Source of the DNA: Vicugna vicugna
Taxonomy: Eukaryota
Assembly: GCA_013265495.1 (NCBI GenBank)
Contig: MU057887.1
Span: 1,747,985 to 1,811,984 of the forward strand
Reading direction: 5' to 3'
Length of the DNA: 64,000 nt
In this document: piece after piece, positions 34,901 to 47,170 of the stretch
How positions within the stretch are numbered: position 1 is the first letter of the stretch
Layout of the letters: the number at the start of each line of letters is the position of its first letter
Translations under genes and position numbers: made by a program
The notes under the pieces: model-generated
Told to the model about the DNA's origin: nothing
The model's database searches: none
Seen by the model: only the letters and a program-made list of their open reading frames with translations

Positions 34901-37580
34901 GTTTTCCTCCTGGTGTAAGCCTGTGGTCAGGTGTTCCCGAGAGCAGGTAGAGCAGGATTTACTTTCTAAAAATCAAAGGACAACTCTCCTTGCAGGTCTG
35001 GGCTGCAGGGTCCCGGGAGGCCCGGCCACCACCACCCAGCCCACGTTACAGCTGGAGAACGGGGTGGGCGGGCCTGGGCGGGCGTGTCCCCATTCAGCTC
35101 TTGGGTGCCCCCCCCACGGGCCACTGAGGCAGGTGAACCTGCTTGGCTTCGAGACGCTGTGTCTGTGACCTGGCTGACCTTTCCTCCTGGAACCACTCAG
35201 CAGAGCAGTCACAGAGGGCAGCTCCAGGGTCACTGGCTCATCTGGGGGGCGCTCAAGCGGGGAGCATGTTTGCGCCCGGAGGCGGTGATGGCCGCCCGGT
35301 GAGCAGGGGAGCGTGAGCAGGGTGCTCGGAGCTGGGGCGTGGCTGCTCTGCTCCTCAATGATGGTATCTTTGCGTCCCTGTGTCCGAGATTTATGTTCCA
35401 GGTTTATGGCCAAACTGAGAGTAGTTAATTAAACTGTAAGGAGAGACGTCCAAATAGAGCGATTCTCCTTGACCTTAAGAAGGAAAAGTCGTCTTGGTTT
35501 TGAATATAGGCCATCAAATCTGGTTTTGCAGTGATTCCCCGAAGTCATTTTTGATCGTGTTTACACGTTGCTGGAGACACCCTGAGCCGTTTTATCTCCC
35601 TCCCTTAAAGAACCAGCGTCCCGCTTAAGGTCAGGACGGGGCAGCATCGGGGGCCGGGCTCGGGGAACCGCCTCTCGTTACCGAGGTCACAGTCCTTCCC
35701 GCGCTGGTCAGCTGCCGGCGCTGGGAGAAGGAGGAGGGGCACGCGCTGTTTCACGAAGTGGACCCTCCGTACTTCGGGCCACGGGTCCCTGTGTCTGTGC
35801 TCCCAGCCCCGCCTGCAGTCACACCCTGTCACTGCGCCGCGGACAGTGCAGACCGAGCACATGCCCGCAGCTCTCCGCACGGTCAGCCCCCTGCCCTCTG
35901 CCAGGCCCGGGCCCCCATGCAGAGACCCGCGGTTTCAGTCTGTGGTGAAGTCCTCCAGGGTTCTGGGGGCCGGACAGGTGGGGAGGGCAGGGGCTGCTGT
36001 AGGCACCAGGCCATCCAGTGGCTTCTCAAGGCCCCACTCTGCCCCGGCCGCCCTCCCCCACCAGGTCCACGGTGCCGTGGACCTGGGGTGCGGGGCTGCT
36101 TCCTGCTGTGTGCAGCGCTGGTGCAGGCTGGAGCCGCCCTGCCGTCGAGGGAGACTTTGTCCATCTTTCTGTTCTCACTTCTGTCTTTCTGCCTGTTTCG
36201 GGCACCATGTTTGCCCTCTTCTGTCAATTTGCGAGGTGCCAGGAAGGAGGGAGGTATGTGCGTGGTGCTCAGATGCCTCTCGAACGGCCTCTGAAGCCCC
36301 CTGGTCTGGGAGGGGGGCCCCAGTCCCCGGGCACCAGGGGTCTCCATGGGGCGTGGCCTTCGAATGCTTCCGCACCCAGCAATTATAGGTGCCCTCTGGG
36401 TGCTGGGGTGCCCCCTGCCCGCGGAGCTCCGCCTGGTCCCGCACTTGGCCCCAGTGGGCACTCTGCACCTCGTCGCCCTTCCTGGCGGCTGGTGAGGTCG
36501 GAGCTGGCAGCATCTGCCCTTGACAGACGGGAGTGGAGGCCCCGGGGCTTTCCACTGGAGTCACACAGGCCCCGGTGAGTTGAGATGCCTGTGGACACTG
36601 GCAGTGAGGGCGTGGCGGCCGGGGTGGAGGCGGTCGGGGAGGGCTTCGTGGAAGACGGCACCAGCTCTGAGCCTTGGTGGCCGTTTGCTGTGTTGAGTAG
36701 GGGCTGGTGTGAAATGGTGAAGCAGCGATGAGCCTGTGGGTGCTGGACTGTGTGGGGGTGAAGGGGGTGCCGGGAGGGCGTGTGGGGGACAGGCCCGAGG
36801 AGGGGTTGGAATAGGTGGGCGCTGGCCGGTGTCTCCTCCCACCTCTGCGTCCCGGGACTCGCGTCCACGTGGCCTCAGGAGCAGAATTTATGCTGCAGAA
36901 TCGGCAAGTGCTGGGAATCAAGGCCTCTTCCCAGAGGATCTGTCGTTCAGCGCTGACCAGCGCAGCGCTGTGCGAGAAGGAGGGCCGGGGCGGACCTGGG
37001 CAGCTTCGGGAGGCATTTCAGCTTCTCGGGGAGCTGTCGGGAGGGTTAAGTACCAGCGGGCGTGGCCAGAGTGGTGTCGGGAACGCGGAGCAGGAACCAG
37101 GTGGGCTGACCCTTTGTGCTCCCTCCCCTCATCCAGACCATGCCGTGGTTTTCACGCGTGTACCTTAGGTCGCGTCCTGTTTGTTCTGAAAGTGCACCTT
37201 AGATTATACAGGTAGGGCCACCTGTGCCGTTCTGTTTTCTTCCTGATAAGAGCGTGGGCCAGAACGAGTAATTCCCTGCCCAGAGCTATACGTACGTCCT
37301 TCCACGCACGTGTGTGGTTTGATTTCATCCCCTTTCCTACACGATGGTTCTACTCAGAGACACAATAACGTGCCTTCTCTCCCTCAGAACACGTCCGTTC
37401 TCTCAGCTGTGTTCCAGTCTTCGGTAGTAGGTGACGAGGAAAGTGTCAGTTATAGAACTCGCTTTGGAAAGTGCTTCAGTGCTTTTCCATAGACACGCGA
37501 GGTCCACCCCCCCATCCTCTGTCCCTTCCCTCACTGAGCAACCTCCTCCCTCCTCTCCTGTCTCCTGTGATCCATTCGCT

Positions 37581-37700
37581 CACCCACCCGCCAACCATCC
37601 CTCCCTCCCTTCCTCCGTCCATCTACCCATCCGCCCACCCCTCCATCCATCTCTCCCTCCCTCTCTCCACCCCTCCCTCCATCCATCCCTTCATCCCACT
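37581..37700. repeat. (CCAT/CCCT)n pyrimidine-rich low-complexity tract
   Basis: ccatccctccctcccttcctccgtccatctacccatccgcccacccctccatccatctctccctccc... Confidence 0.8.
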
Positions 37701-38049
37701 TTCATGGAAAACTCCTGATACCTTGCCCTTTGGGTCCAGGACATGGAAAGGAATCAGGATTTCTTATCCTTATGAGCCCATAGTTCAAAGCGAGAGTTAG
37801 CCATTCAAGCCACCAAGGCCACTAAGGGTCCCAGGTGCTCTCTATAAATTGAGGCAGGAGTGGCTGGGGGGGCCCTGAGGTGGGGGGTGTCAGCTCCAGG
37901 GTGGGGAGAGGTCACAAAGGCTTCCAAAGGGCAGCGGAGTCTTGAGCGTGGGGAGGCGTGGGCTGGCAGGGCCATGGGAGTCACACTGAGACAGATCCTT
38001 GTTGGTGGTGCATTCTCAGTCTTGATGCGCGCCCGGAGAGAGGGCGTGC

Positions 38050-38229
38050 TCTGGGAAAGCTGCGTGCCCCCCCCCTTCTGGGAAAGCTGCGTGCCCCGCC
38101 TTCTGGGAAAGCCGCACGCCCCCACTTCTGGGAAAGCTGCGTGCCCCCACTTCGGGGAAGGCCGTGTGCCCCAACTTCCGGGAAGGCCGTGCGCCCCCCA
38201 CTTCCAAAGAGGCTGCACGCCCCACTTCC
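38050..38229. repeat. Minisatellite, about 7 units of 24-27 bp (consensus CTGGGAAAGCTGCGTGCCCCCACTT)
   Basis: Units start at 38051, 38078, 38103, 38128, 38153, 38178 and 38204. The terminal units are more degenerate. Confidence 0.93.
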
Positions 38230-41200
38230 AGGCGGCCTTGGGTAGGGTCAGACTTCCTTTCGGCTGACACCGGGTCTGAGGTTTGATGGCGTCCCGTCCA
38301 CACTGTGGCCTTGAGAGCTCCTCTCCCCGTCAGCACCATCACTGTGTCCCCACCTAGAACCTTCCACAGGTGTTAGTGGGATGGAGCCAAGAACTGGGCC
38401 CCCTCTAGCCCCCACCCACCAGATCTGGCTCCTAACCTGCCTCCCGTCTCCTCTGGGCCTCCCCGATCTGCCTGTGTCCACAGCCAGGGCAGCCCCTATG
38501 GGGCTTCTGGAGCAGTCAGTACCCGCGCCTGGGCTCCCAGGAAGGCTGCTCTGTCTCCTCCGTCTGTCCCCCCAGGCCCCGTGCGGCAGCCTCGTGTGGA
38601 AACGGCCCTGGCTCGGAGGTGTTTGTTGAGAGGCCCATGAAGACATCTGTGAAGTGGGGATGATTTAATGCCGCGTTGCTGCGATTCTGTGTAGCGCCAG
38701 AAGAACTCGTATTTTAGATTATGTTACTGTCAAAAAAATAGACCTTAATATGTCCCTAGGGATGGAGAGATGGTGTGTGGTGGTGTCAGATAAACACGGT
38801 TTCTCTACGTCCTGCTGGGAGGCTCATTTCCATCCCACGCTGTTGTCTGTGCTGGGGTCCCGAGAGTGTTGGGGCGTCGCTGTCCCCAAGGCCAGGCGGC
38901 CTGCTGTGACCTCTTCCGGGGGCTGTGCCACCACAGCTTTACAAGCGGGTGGTGCCTCCAGGGTCTGAGCCACCTCCCTCACCCTCCCCTGGGGAGCCCG
39001 TGAGAGATCAGCCACCACGCGGCCTGGCCTGGGTGTCACGCCAGCCTGGGAGGAGTGATTTTTGGAGAAGTGCAGTGTGGCCCCTGCCCTGATGTGTGTC
39101 TGGATCTCAGCTCTCAGGGTCCTTTAATGCTGGCAGAAGTCCTCTGCTGAAACACGAGTCCAAAATGGATGCCCCACTGCACGCCCGGAGTTAGCGTCAG
39201 GCCCCCACACGAAGGGCTCTGTTCTCCGGGAGGTTCCAGCCACGCCCCGTGGCCCCCAGTGCCGCATGTCTGACCGAGCAGCGATGAAGGCCGCAGTCCC
39301 TGGGCCCCGCTGCAGTCACTTGCCTGAGTGGCTTGCAGAGCTTGGGAAAGCATGTCACAGGAGGTGCGGCTCAGGAGGGCCAGCCGGGAGAGACAGGCGT
39401 AGGACGAGGTCGGGGAGGGTCCTGGGACTCGGAGCTCCTTCGGCGCCCGCGTCAGGGACTGTCGCCCTCCCGTGTGTCCGCGTGCTCACCCTCTGGGAAG
39501 CTCGCTGAGCCCGGGCATCCGGAGTCGTCGCGCGGGCACGACTGACCGCGTCGTGGGCCCCGGCGCCTCTTCCCTGACGTCCGACAGCTGGGACCCCACC
39601 CGGCACCGGGAAGGTGCGTCCCGCCGTGGGCTGCAGGGTGGGCCTCGTGCTCCCGTCTCTGGTCCTGCACACCCACGGCCCCCAGCCTGGCCTCCTGCCC
39701 CCGTGTGTCCAGGTTCTTACGTCTTTAGTCCCCTCTGCCCTGTCCCTTCGCTCCCTGCGCTGTGCTGCTGAGAAGAGTCTGCAGGGAGCCTGAGCTGCAC
39801 CTGTCGGCCTGAAGCTGCGTCTGCTTACAGCTTGGATCATGGAGACAGCTGACGGCAGGCTCCCTGGCCGTTTGGTGGAGGCCCCGTTTGCCTGGTCAGA
39901 GCTTCCACTGTGGTTTTATTTCTGGGTGAGGCTCAGCTGCCGTCTCCTCTGCATTCTTGGTCTGGACCCAGTCACATGCCCACTGCTGGCATTCCCCTGT
40001 GTCAGGAACTTTCATGAGAGGGTTCTGTGCGGGAGCTGCGGCCCGCCCTGTTTTCCAGGGGGGGCACCTGGAGGCCCTGAGAGCCTAGAGAACCTTCCAG
40101 AAGCTGACCTGGGTTTGGACCTCAGTTCTCCTAACCCTGAAACTCGAGGTCTTTCCACGACTCACCAGTCTGGCCGGGCTCTCTGCTGAGGGAGAGGGCA
40201 GTCCAGCAGCCCAGACTCAGGCCTCCTCGCTGCCCCGATGTGGGGCTGGCAGGACTGCTGGCCTGCGAGGATTTGCTGGGGAGTGTCCTCTGCTTGGAGA
40301 GTGGAACCATGGGGCCTGGATTCTGCTCTGTGTCCTTCACTCCCCCTGCCGCCCGGTCCCCTTCCAGCTCGGGCCTCTGTCCCCCGGTGCACCTCCCTGG
40401 GCAGCCGCAGCAGGTCTGTCTGCAGCGGGGTCCCGGGCTGCTGCTCCCCGGAGCTGTGGGCCGGGCCTGGTGCGTGTCGCTTTCTGCCTTGGCCTCTTTC
40501 TCCGGCCCCCTCGGCATGGCCGTGGGCCCTGGGTCCTCGCGGGGTGTGGCTCAGCCCTGCCTCTGGGGCCTGGCGCCTCTGTGTAGCTGTTTACTCTCAC
40601 CGTAAAGCAAGCCCTGCACACAAGGCGGGTGAGCCCAGGGCGAGGGCCTCCTTGGACGCAGAGGGGCCCGTGTTCAGTGACAGCGGGCTCGTGTTTTTGT
40701 TCTTCTTCTCTTGTGAACAGGTTAGGGAATTGAAATCTTACCCCTTCAAAGCCTATTCTGGCCTCGCCCAGTGGAAGCCTGATGCAGTCACGTCTGTGCT
40801 TGGCGTTGTGGACGGGCTTTGGGCGGGTCTCTTTGTGCGAGCAACTGCGTTCACTCTTTGGGCAAATTAATCTAAGTAGCGCTGGCCGCGCCTGAACAGC
40901 ACGTGTTTCTCCGCCGTGTCGAGGGGTACAGGTTTTTTCCTTTTAGCGTAAATCCTGGGACACAGTGTGTGTGTGTTGTTTATTTTTATTTTCAACTGAG
41001 GAGACAGGATGCTGCAGCAGGAGCGCCCGTCTGCAGGCCCGCGGCTTCGGGTGCCGGCGCCGCGCCCAACGTGCTGGGGGACAGCCGCCTGCTGCGACTT
41101 CGCAGCAGTCCCCGCCCTGGCCTGCCGCGGAAGGGTCTGATGAAAAGCATCTATCTCTTCAGCCTGAAAGATGACAATAATTACATGTGCCTGCTCGTTC

Positions 41201-42458
41201 GCTCTGTGTACACTCTGACTTCCAGTGGAATGGAAATTTCAAATTCAGAATTATTGCTAACCAAATTACCTTTATCAGTGATGGAGCATCTGCTCACAAT
41301 TACTTACAAAACAGGAAAAATGAATCTTTTCAGCATAAACATTTGCACCCTGATGTATATAAATTGAAAGTAGTGCCTGGAGTTTAGTAGTCCATTTCTC
41401 ACCATGCTCACGTCAGAGGCGGCACGTTAGAAGGTGGTGGGAGAGCGGTGGCTGGCCCGCTCCGTCACTCTCCATCACTGCTTCCAGAGAAGGCCCAGCC
41501 TCAGAACAAAGGCCGGTCCGCGTGGACGAGGCCTGCCCCTGTTGTTCTGGGGTGGCTGCTCCTGTTGGCCAGAACCCAGCTGACGTGGCCTGGCCGGGGG
41601 GTGAGCTGCCTGGCGGGCGCTCCCCCAAGGCGCCTCCCCACCGGGTGGGCACAAGGTGGCCTCCATAGCCCCGCTCAGGAGCTCGGGCCCGTGGCAGGGC
41701 GAAGAGAAGCCCAGAAGCTCTGGATACTCGGAGTCGGTAATCCTGGTGAAAGAGACAACTTTGAGGCTCAAGGCTGCATTTTCTTTCTGTCTCTCCTGCG
41801 AGTGGCCAGGCTCCTGGAGGACAGGACAGTGGCCGTGTCTCCTCTGGGGCTTCACTGTCACGGGCGGTGGGGTACGCGGAGGCCCTGATTAGCTTCCCTG
41901 AAAGAGCTGATGAGTGAGGAGCCTCCCTGTGGAGGAGGGGTCTGCCCCCGTCTGCAGAGGGCACGGCTGTGCCCAGGCAGCTGGTGCCCGGGGATGCCGG
42001 GCGGGTCTGTGGGCTCCCTTCAGGACAAGGAGGGCGATGGTCAGGGGTCCCATCTGCGGCTCACGTGCACACTGGCTGAGCCACCTCGCTGGCTTCGTGC
42101 GGGCGCAGGTGAGGGTGCTGCAGGCGGGAGCTGCCGGAGGGCTGTCGGCCACTGGATCTGGCTGGGTGGTCTCCTCTGCCCGAGCCTGAGACGGGGTGGG
42201 GGGCCCCTCAGGTGGAAAGGGTTAATTTTTATCTGGTTAGGTTCCTTCAGTGACAGACGTTCCAGAAATATGTGTTTAATTTCCCAAACCTGTGGCTTGC
42301 TGTTTTCCGGCAGGACGGTGCCACGTGCCCCCCAGGCGCTTGTCCGGGTTGTTTGTCTTCCCCGCTTGAGATTGGCGCCCTTCTGTAGCTGAGGAAGCCC
42401 ACGGCGCTGCGGGCACGGGGCCCGGCCGGGAGACTCGCTCCCCCCCCATCCACGGACG

Positions 42459-42492
42459 TGCCGGGCACTCACCGCTTGCCGGGCACTCACCG
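42459..42492. repeat. 16-bp direct repeat with a 2-nt spacer
   Basis: tgccgggcactcaccg at 42459-42474 and 42477-42492. Confidence 0.85.
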
Positions 42493-43909
42493 TGCCCCCT
42501 GGAGGGGCCAGGCCGCCACCCCAAGGGCATCGTGTCCGGGGGGCACCCTGGGAGGTCTGGGTCCTGCCGGCCCCTCAGCTGGCGAGCCTCCGCCTTGCTG
42601 TGCAGGATGAGGGTCGTGAACAAACGCTCAGGGCTCCGGAACCCATGAAAAGTCACTTGAATCCACGGGGTACGCTTGGAGTCGGCACTGCCTTCCCGAA
42701 TGTTAAAACCTGGTGAGGGTCTCAGGGCAGGGTCCTCCGGCTCCCCCGCCCCCTCCCTCTCGCTTAGTGGTTCCGTAAGTAAGTTCCTGCGCCGTTGTAA
42801 GTAATCAGGAACAGGCATAAAGACAAATCCGTGGACAGCAGAGCTACAGCTTCTCTCTTACACTGGTTTGGTGCCATTTCTAGAACTTCCTTTGGGAGAA
42901 CTCTTTTCAGGGTTGCTTTTCAGGGCAGACCGATGGGGGAGGTAAGACCCAGAGAGAAGGGCTGTGTGAGTCAGGACGTGGAAGAAGGGGTGTGTGCAGA
43001 AGCAGGGCAGTTAGCAGTCCTGGGGGCCCCGGTTCAAGAAGTCAGTGTGGGAGCGCCCTGGTTCCCAGCCTGGAGGATCGGCCACGCCTGCTTGTTGTTA
43101 CGGCAGCACCCATGCTCACCGGGCCCTTCGAGCACACTTGGTGGGCAGCATGCTGGGAAAAGGCGCTAGTCCCTTTTTTTTTTGCCCCCTGGAGGGGCCC
43201 TTCCAGGACCCCACACTGCAGAGCGCCCGAGATCTGCAGCCTTTCCAGCGGTTGTTGTCACCCTGCAGGGAGGCTGGGTGGGGGACGCTGGGGACTCGGC
43301 TGTGGAGATGCAGCTTGTGCAGTGCCATGAGGAAGAAGGACCCTGTGGCTGGTGGGAGATCGCACAGCGGGCCTGGTTCCTCTCGGGGCCCCAAACCAGG
43401 GGTCCGGGGGTGTGCCCGCCTGCCCCCTCACTGGCCAGGATGGGAGCACATGGGGCATTTGCCTGGCACGAGACTGAAGGTGTCTTGGAAGCCAGGAGCT
43501 TGTCCCCTGTCTTGGAACACCGCCCGTGGGACCAGACAGATGCAGGTCAGCCTGGGCTCTGCCTCGGGTCCCAGGGTGTCCCCTGGCCTCTCAGACCAAC
43601 GTGCCCATGTGTGAGGCAGGAGGGGGCTGCTCACCTTGCTGGTGGGGGGCATGGGGCGTCCCACACGGGGCACACGCTCAGTGCACGGAGCTGTCGTGAT
43701 CCCGGATACTGCTTCCGCCGCCGCCCGTGGCGGAACGAGAGGAAGAGCCTTGTGCTGGAAAGCACTCATTACTTCCTTGCTCCTCGGGAGGCGGTGCTGG
43801 GGTGGGTGGAGGGGCTTCTGAGGCGGGCACAGGGCCTCGGGGAAGGGATGCGGGGCTGCTGGTGGACCTAGGCTCCTGACAGCCTTGGGGCCTGTGTTGT
43901 CTCCCGCAG

Positions 43910-44037
43910 AGCAAGTCCACCGGCACCTGGACCAGCACGAGGTCAGGTACCTGCAGTTTGCCTTCCGCTGGATGAACAACCTGCTGATGAGGGAGCTGCC
44001 CCTGAGCTGCACCGTCCGCCTGTGGGACACCTACCAG
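43910..44037 (+). CDS. TBC1D22A: TBC1D22A internal coding exon (128 nt; phase 1 in, phase 0 out)
   Basis: Acceptor gttgtctcccgcag| and donor CAG|gtgagc. G+AG gives E, then QVHRHLDQHEVRYLQFAFRWMNNLLMRELPLSCTVRLWDTYQ, the conserved TBC C-terminal motif. Confidence 0.97.
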
Positions 44038-46899
44038 GTGAGCACCCACCCCTCCCGCGAGGGTGCGGCCAGGAGCCGGGCCGGGTCCTCCCCGACAAGG
44101 GCGGCCCCGTCCCTGCGACTCGCCTTGGCCACGCCCTGCTCCAGGTCTGTGTGCTGCACTTGACTTCGCCTTCGGAGCATCCTCTCCGTGGAAATGCGGC
44201 CTTGAAGTCCGTTTCTGGTGTTCTTGTCTTTTGATTAGGCATGAGGTCGAGCAGGAACTTTATGTAGTTTTGTTTGTATCTGAATTTCATTCCACCGTGC
44301 AGCGACAGCGTCCCCGGGGCTTGCTGGCAGTTTGCATTTCCTCTGGCCCCCGGGGTGGGTCGGCGTGGCGAGGAGGCTGGTAACTCCGGCGTGAGCCTGG
44401 GTTGCGGCTGCCGGAAACATTCACACTCAGGACTCGCATGTTGTCTGTTTTGAGTTATTCATAATAAAGATTTTTTGAAGATCACTGACAGAATCAGTGC
44501 AATATGAAATTTTCTCCTCTCCACCGATTTTGGTGGAATTGATTTCTTCAGGAGATTGAGTTTTCTGCAACAAATCACCTTTGTTCCCTCGAGTGTCCTG
44601 TTGCTCATCCTGGCACCTTCTCATCTGGTTGGAGGCACTCCCTGCCGCTGAGCCGCGCTGCGGGTCTGCACGCCAGCCTCCCCTCCTCATGTGCAGAGTA
44701 GCCACAGCTGTGTGGACTTGGAGTGGGATCCCCATGGTGGCTGGGTTCCATCCTGAACTCCGGGAAGCAGAGTTGTTCCTGGCCTGAGCGTCAGCCCTTC
44801 GTAGGCCTTGGACGGGCAGCTGGCTTCGGAGGCTGGGAGTGGGAGCTGCAGGCAGCGGGCTTTTTGTGGGGCAGCAGGAGTCCAGACGCTGGCTTGGGCT
44901 CCCGCGTGTGGCCGTCCACGCGGGGGGTGGTGGGAGGCCGGGCTCAGGGGCAGGCTGGACGGGCCCCCGTCGAGGGCGCCCTTGGTCTGGATGGAGTGTT
45001 CTTCCCGCAGGATGGGGATCTCCGGCTGCTGCCCTGCCGGGCCCCACGCTCGCCGACCTCGCACCCTGAGCTCTCCTCTCCCAGGTCGTCTGGAACAGTA
45101 ACCCGAAGCCTTGTTCCTGGTGGGCCGTGTGCCCTGCGCGGGGCCGCGGGCGCTGGGCGGCTCTCGGCGCTGTGCTTCGCCTTTGCTGTCCTCTGCCGCG
45201 GCCTGTGTGTTCTAATGGTGTTCACGACCGAAATTATGACTGGTCAGTAGATTGCACCCAAGTCCCCCACTTTGGTTTGGCTTTCTAGATACTTGGCAGC
45301 TACAGAACTGCTGGCTGCTAACATTTCCTGGGACATAAAGCCTTTTTTGGGGGGCTGTTTGGGTCAAGCGGCCGTCAGCAGGTGTTATCAGTCAGGACCC
45401 TGTAACATCCCAGGAAACAAAACTTAATATCCCGTAAACTGCAGACGCTCTGCACTCATGATGGGTTAGGCCAAGGTCCGGGGTCCCCTCATTAAACACA
45501 GACTTCCGTGTAATACTGTCTCCATCACGAATAAGTTCGGTATTAAGTCAGTCGCCTTTTGAGGAGCCAGAAAATGGATCTGCACCACTTCGCTAAAACT
45601 CCTAATAGGTATTAAAACTTTAAGCACAATTGTGGCATCTTTATTGAGTTAATTTTCCTGAAATTAAAGTTTGTCATGAATTGACTCATTTGTACCACGG
45701 GCTCATTGTTGAACTGACAGCTCCCTGCTCGTGAACCTTTTCATATCTTAAAAATGGGGGGTTTTTCTATTTTACAGGCCCAAGTAACCATGAAATTGTA
45801 TTGCATCTTTCGGCAATGAAAGTACCTGGTAATCATAGGCTGGCGATCGGGTGATTCTCTCCCCTAAGCTGGGTGTTTATTAGCTGGGCCATTACAGGTT
45901 TCGCTGACTCTTTAACCCCTTAGAAAGTAGCTTAAAACTCTGGGACGGGTGCCACCCGCCCTGGCCCAGGCTGGGAACTAGGCACTGCACAGAACTGAGC
46001 GTGGGGTGTTCGTCACAAGCGTGAAAGATGGCGGTTAGAAAGCACAGACCGCCCAGAAGCAGCCCAGACAGTGGGGAGACGCCCCCTGCTCCCCGGCCGC
46101 CCCGTGTGCTCCGCACGAGCAGGGCTCCGCACGCCGGCTGCCGTGGTCCAGCTCCCAGGAGCCTCGGCCGTGGGAGGGAGCCGGTGGTGAGGCCTCATCC
46201 AGCAGGCCGCCAGGCTGGCCTCAGGCTCCCCTTCCCTGGGCTGTTGTAAGAATGCATCCCGCCTCCCACGGCTGGACCCACGCGTGGATTTTGATGACCT
46301 CGAATGCTCGGCGTGTTTCCCGTGCTGTCGGTCTGCAGCCGTGGCGTTGGGGCCGTTGGGGCGGCTCCTGTCCCAGTCGTCTCCTCCCGCCCCTCGCTGC
46401 TTCTCCTCGGGGCCCCTCCCCCACGGCCCCGCTCTGTCTGGAGGAGGCACAGGCTTCGGGTTGACAGGAGAAGTCACAGGGGTGTTTCTGGGCCACAGCC
46501 ACCGCCTCCTGTGTGGTGTGGACAGAGAAGTGTAGCTGGACTTTATCTGGCTCCGCAGAGGCCGCTGGGTGCCGTTGTGGGCTGGCGTGGGCTCCGGCGG
46601 GACCTGCAGCCTCCCGGGGGCTCCCTCAGAGTCTCCGTGTCCTCACTGGGCCCCGTGGAGGTGCTGGCTGCAGCCACGCCCTCTGGCTTCTCCCCAGTGG
46701 GGCAGGGGGCACACTGGATGGGAGGAAGGTCAGAGGCCCTTGGCCTCCGGCCGTGCAGGGTTCCTGCCTGTGAGCGGCCGTCTGCCTGGGGGCAGGCGAA
46801 AGCTCAGCCCCTCTGCCTTCTAGGCGTGCGGCCCTTCTCGTGGGGCCCCCCTGGGCCAGGCGGCTCCTCCAGCCGCTCCCAGGGCCACACCGCTGCTCG

Positions 46900-47170
46900 T
46901 GGCTGCGCCTGGCCGGAGACTGGACACCAGTCACGTACGTCCCTGGGAGGGGCCTCTGAGGGCAGGTCTGAGCGTCGTGCCCTGTGAGAAGAGTCTGTCT
47001 TTGCAGGCCTCACGTGGAGAGAGAGAGAGATGTCTGGTTCTCTTCAACCTCCTTTAGGGACACCAGTCTTGCTCGTTAGGGCCTCTCCTTTGTCACCTCC
47101 TTAAAGGGCCTGTTGGGGCTTTGGGCTTCAGCCTATGAATTTGGGGGGACGTAGTTTAGCTGATACAGAG
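46900..47170 (-). mobile_element. ERVL-MaLR LTR fragment (MLT1A-like)
   Basis: cctcacgtggagagagagaga...gggacaccagtc...ttagggcc...gggcttcagcctatgaatttggggggac. Confidence 0.65.

Noticed and set aside
38050-38229. Regular 25-bp repeats resembling a CRISPR array
   Set aside because: The units are head-to-tail without unique spacers, the context is a mammalian intron, and there are no cas genes. It is a minisatellite.
39380-39660. CpG-dense patches (also about 46060-46400 and 50700-50950) as promoters of nested genes
   Set aside because: They are short, with no linked exon structure or core promoter evidence, and CpG enrichment is window-wide, including inside repeat relics.
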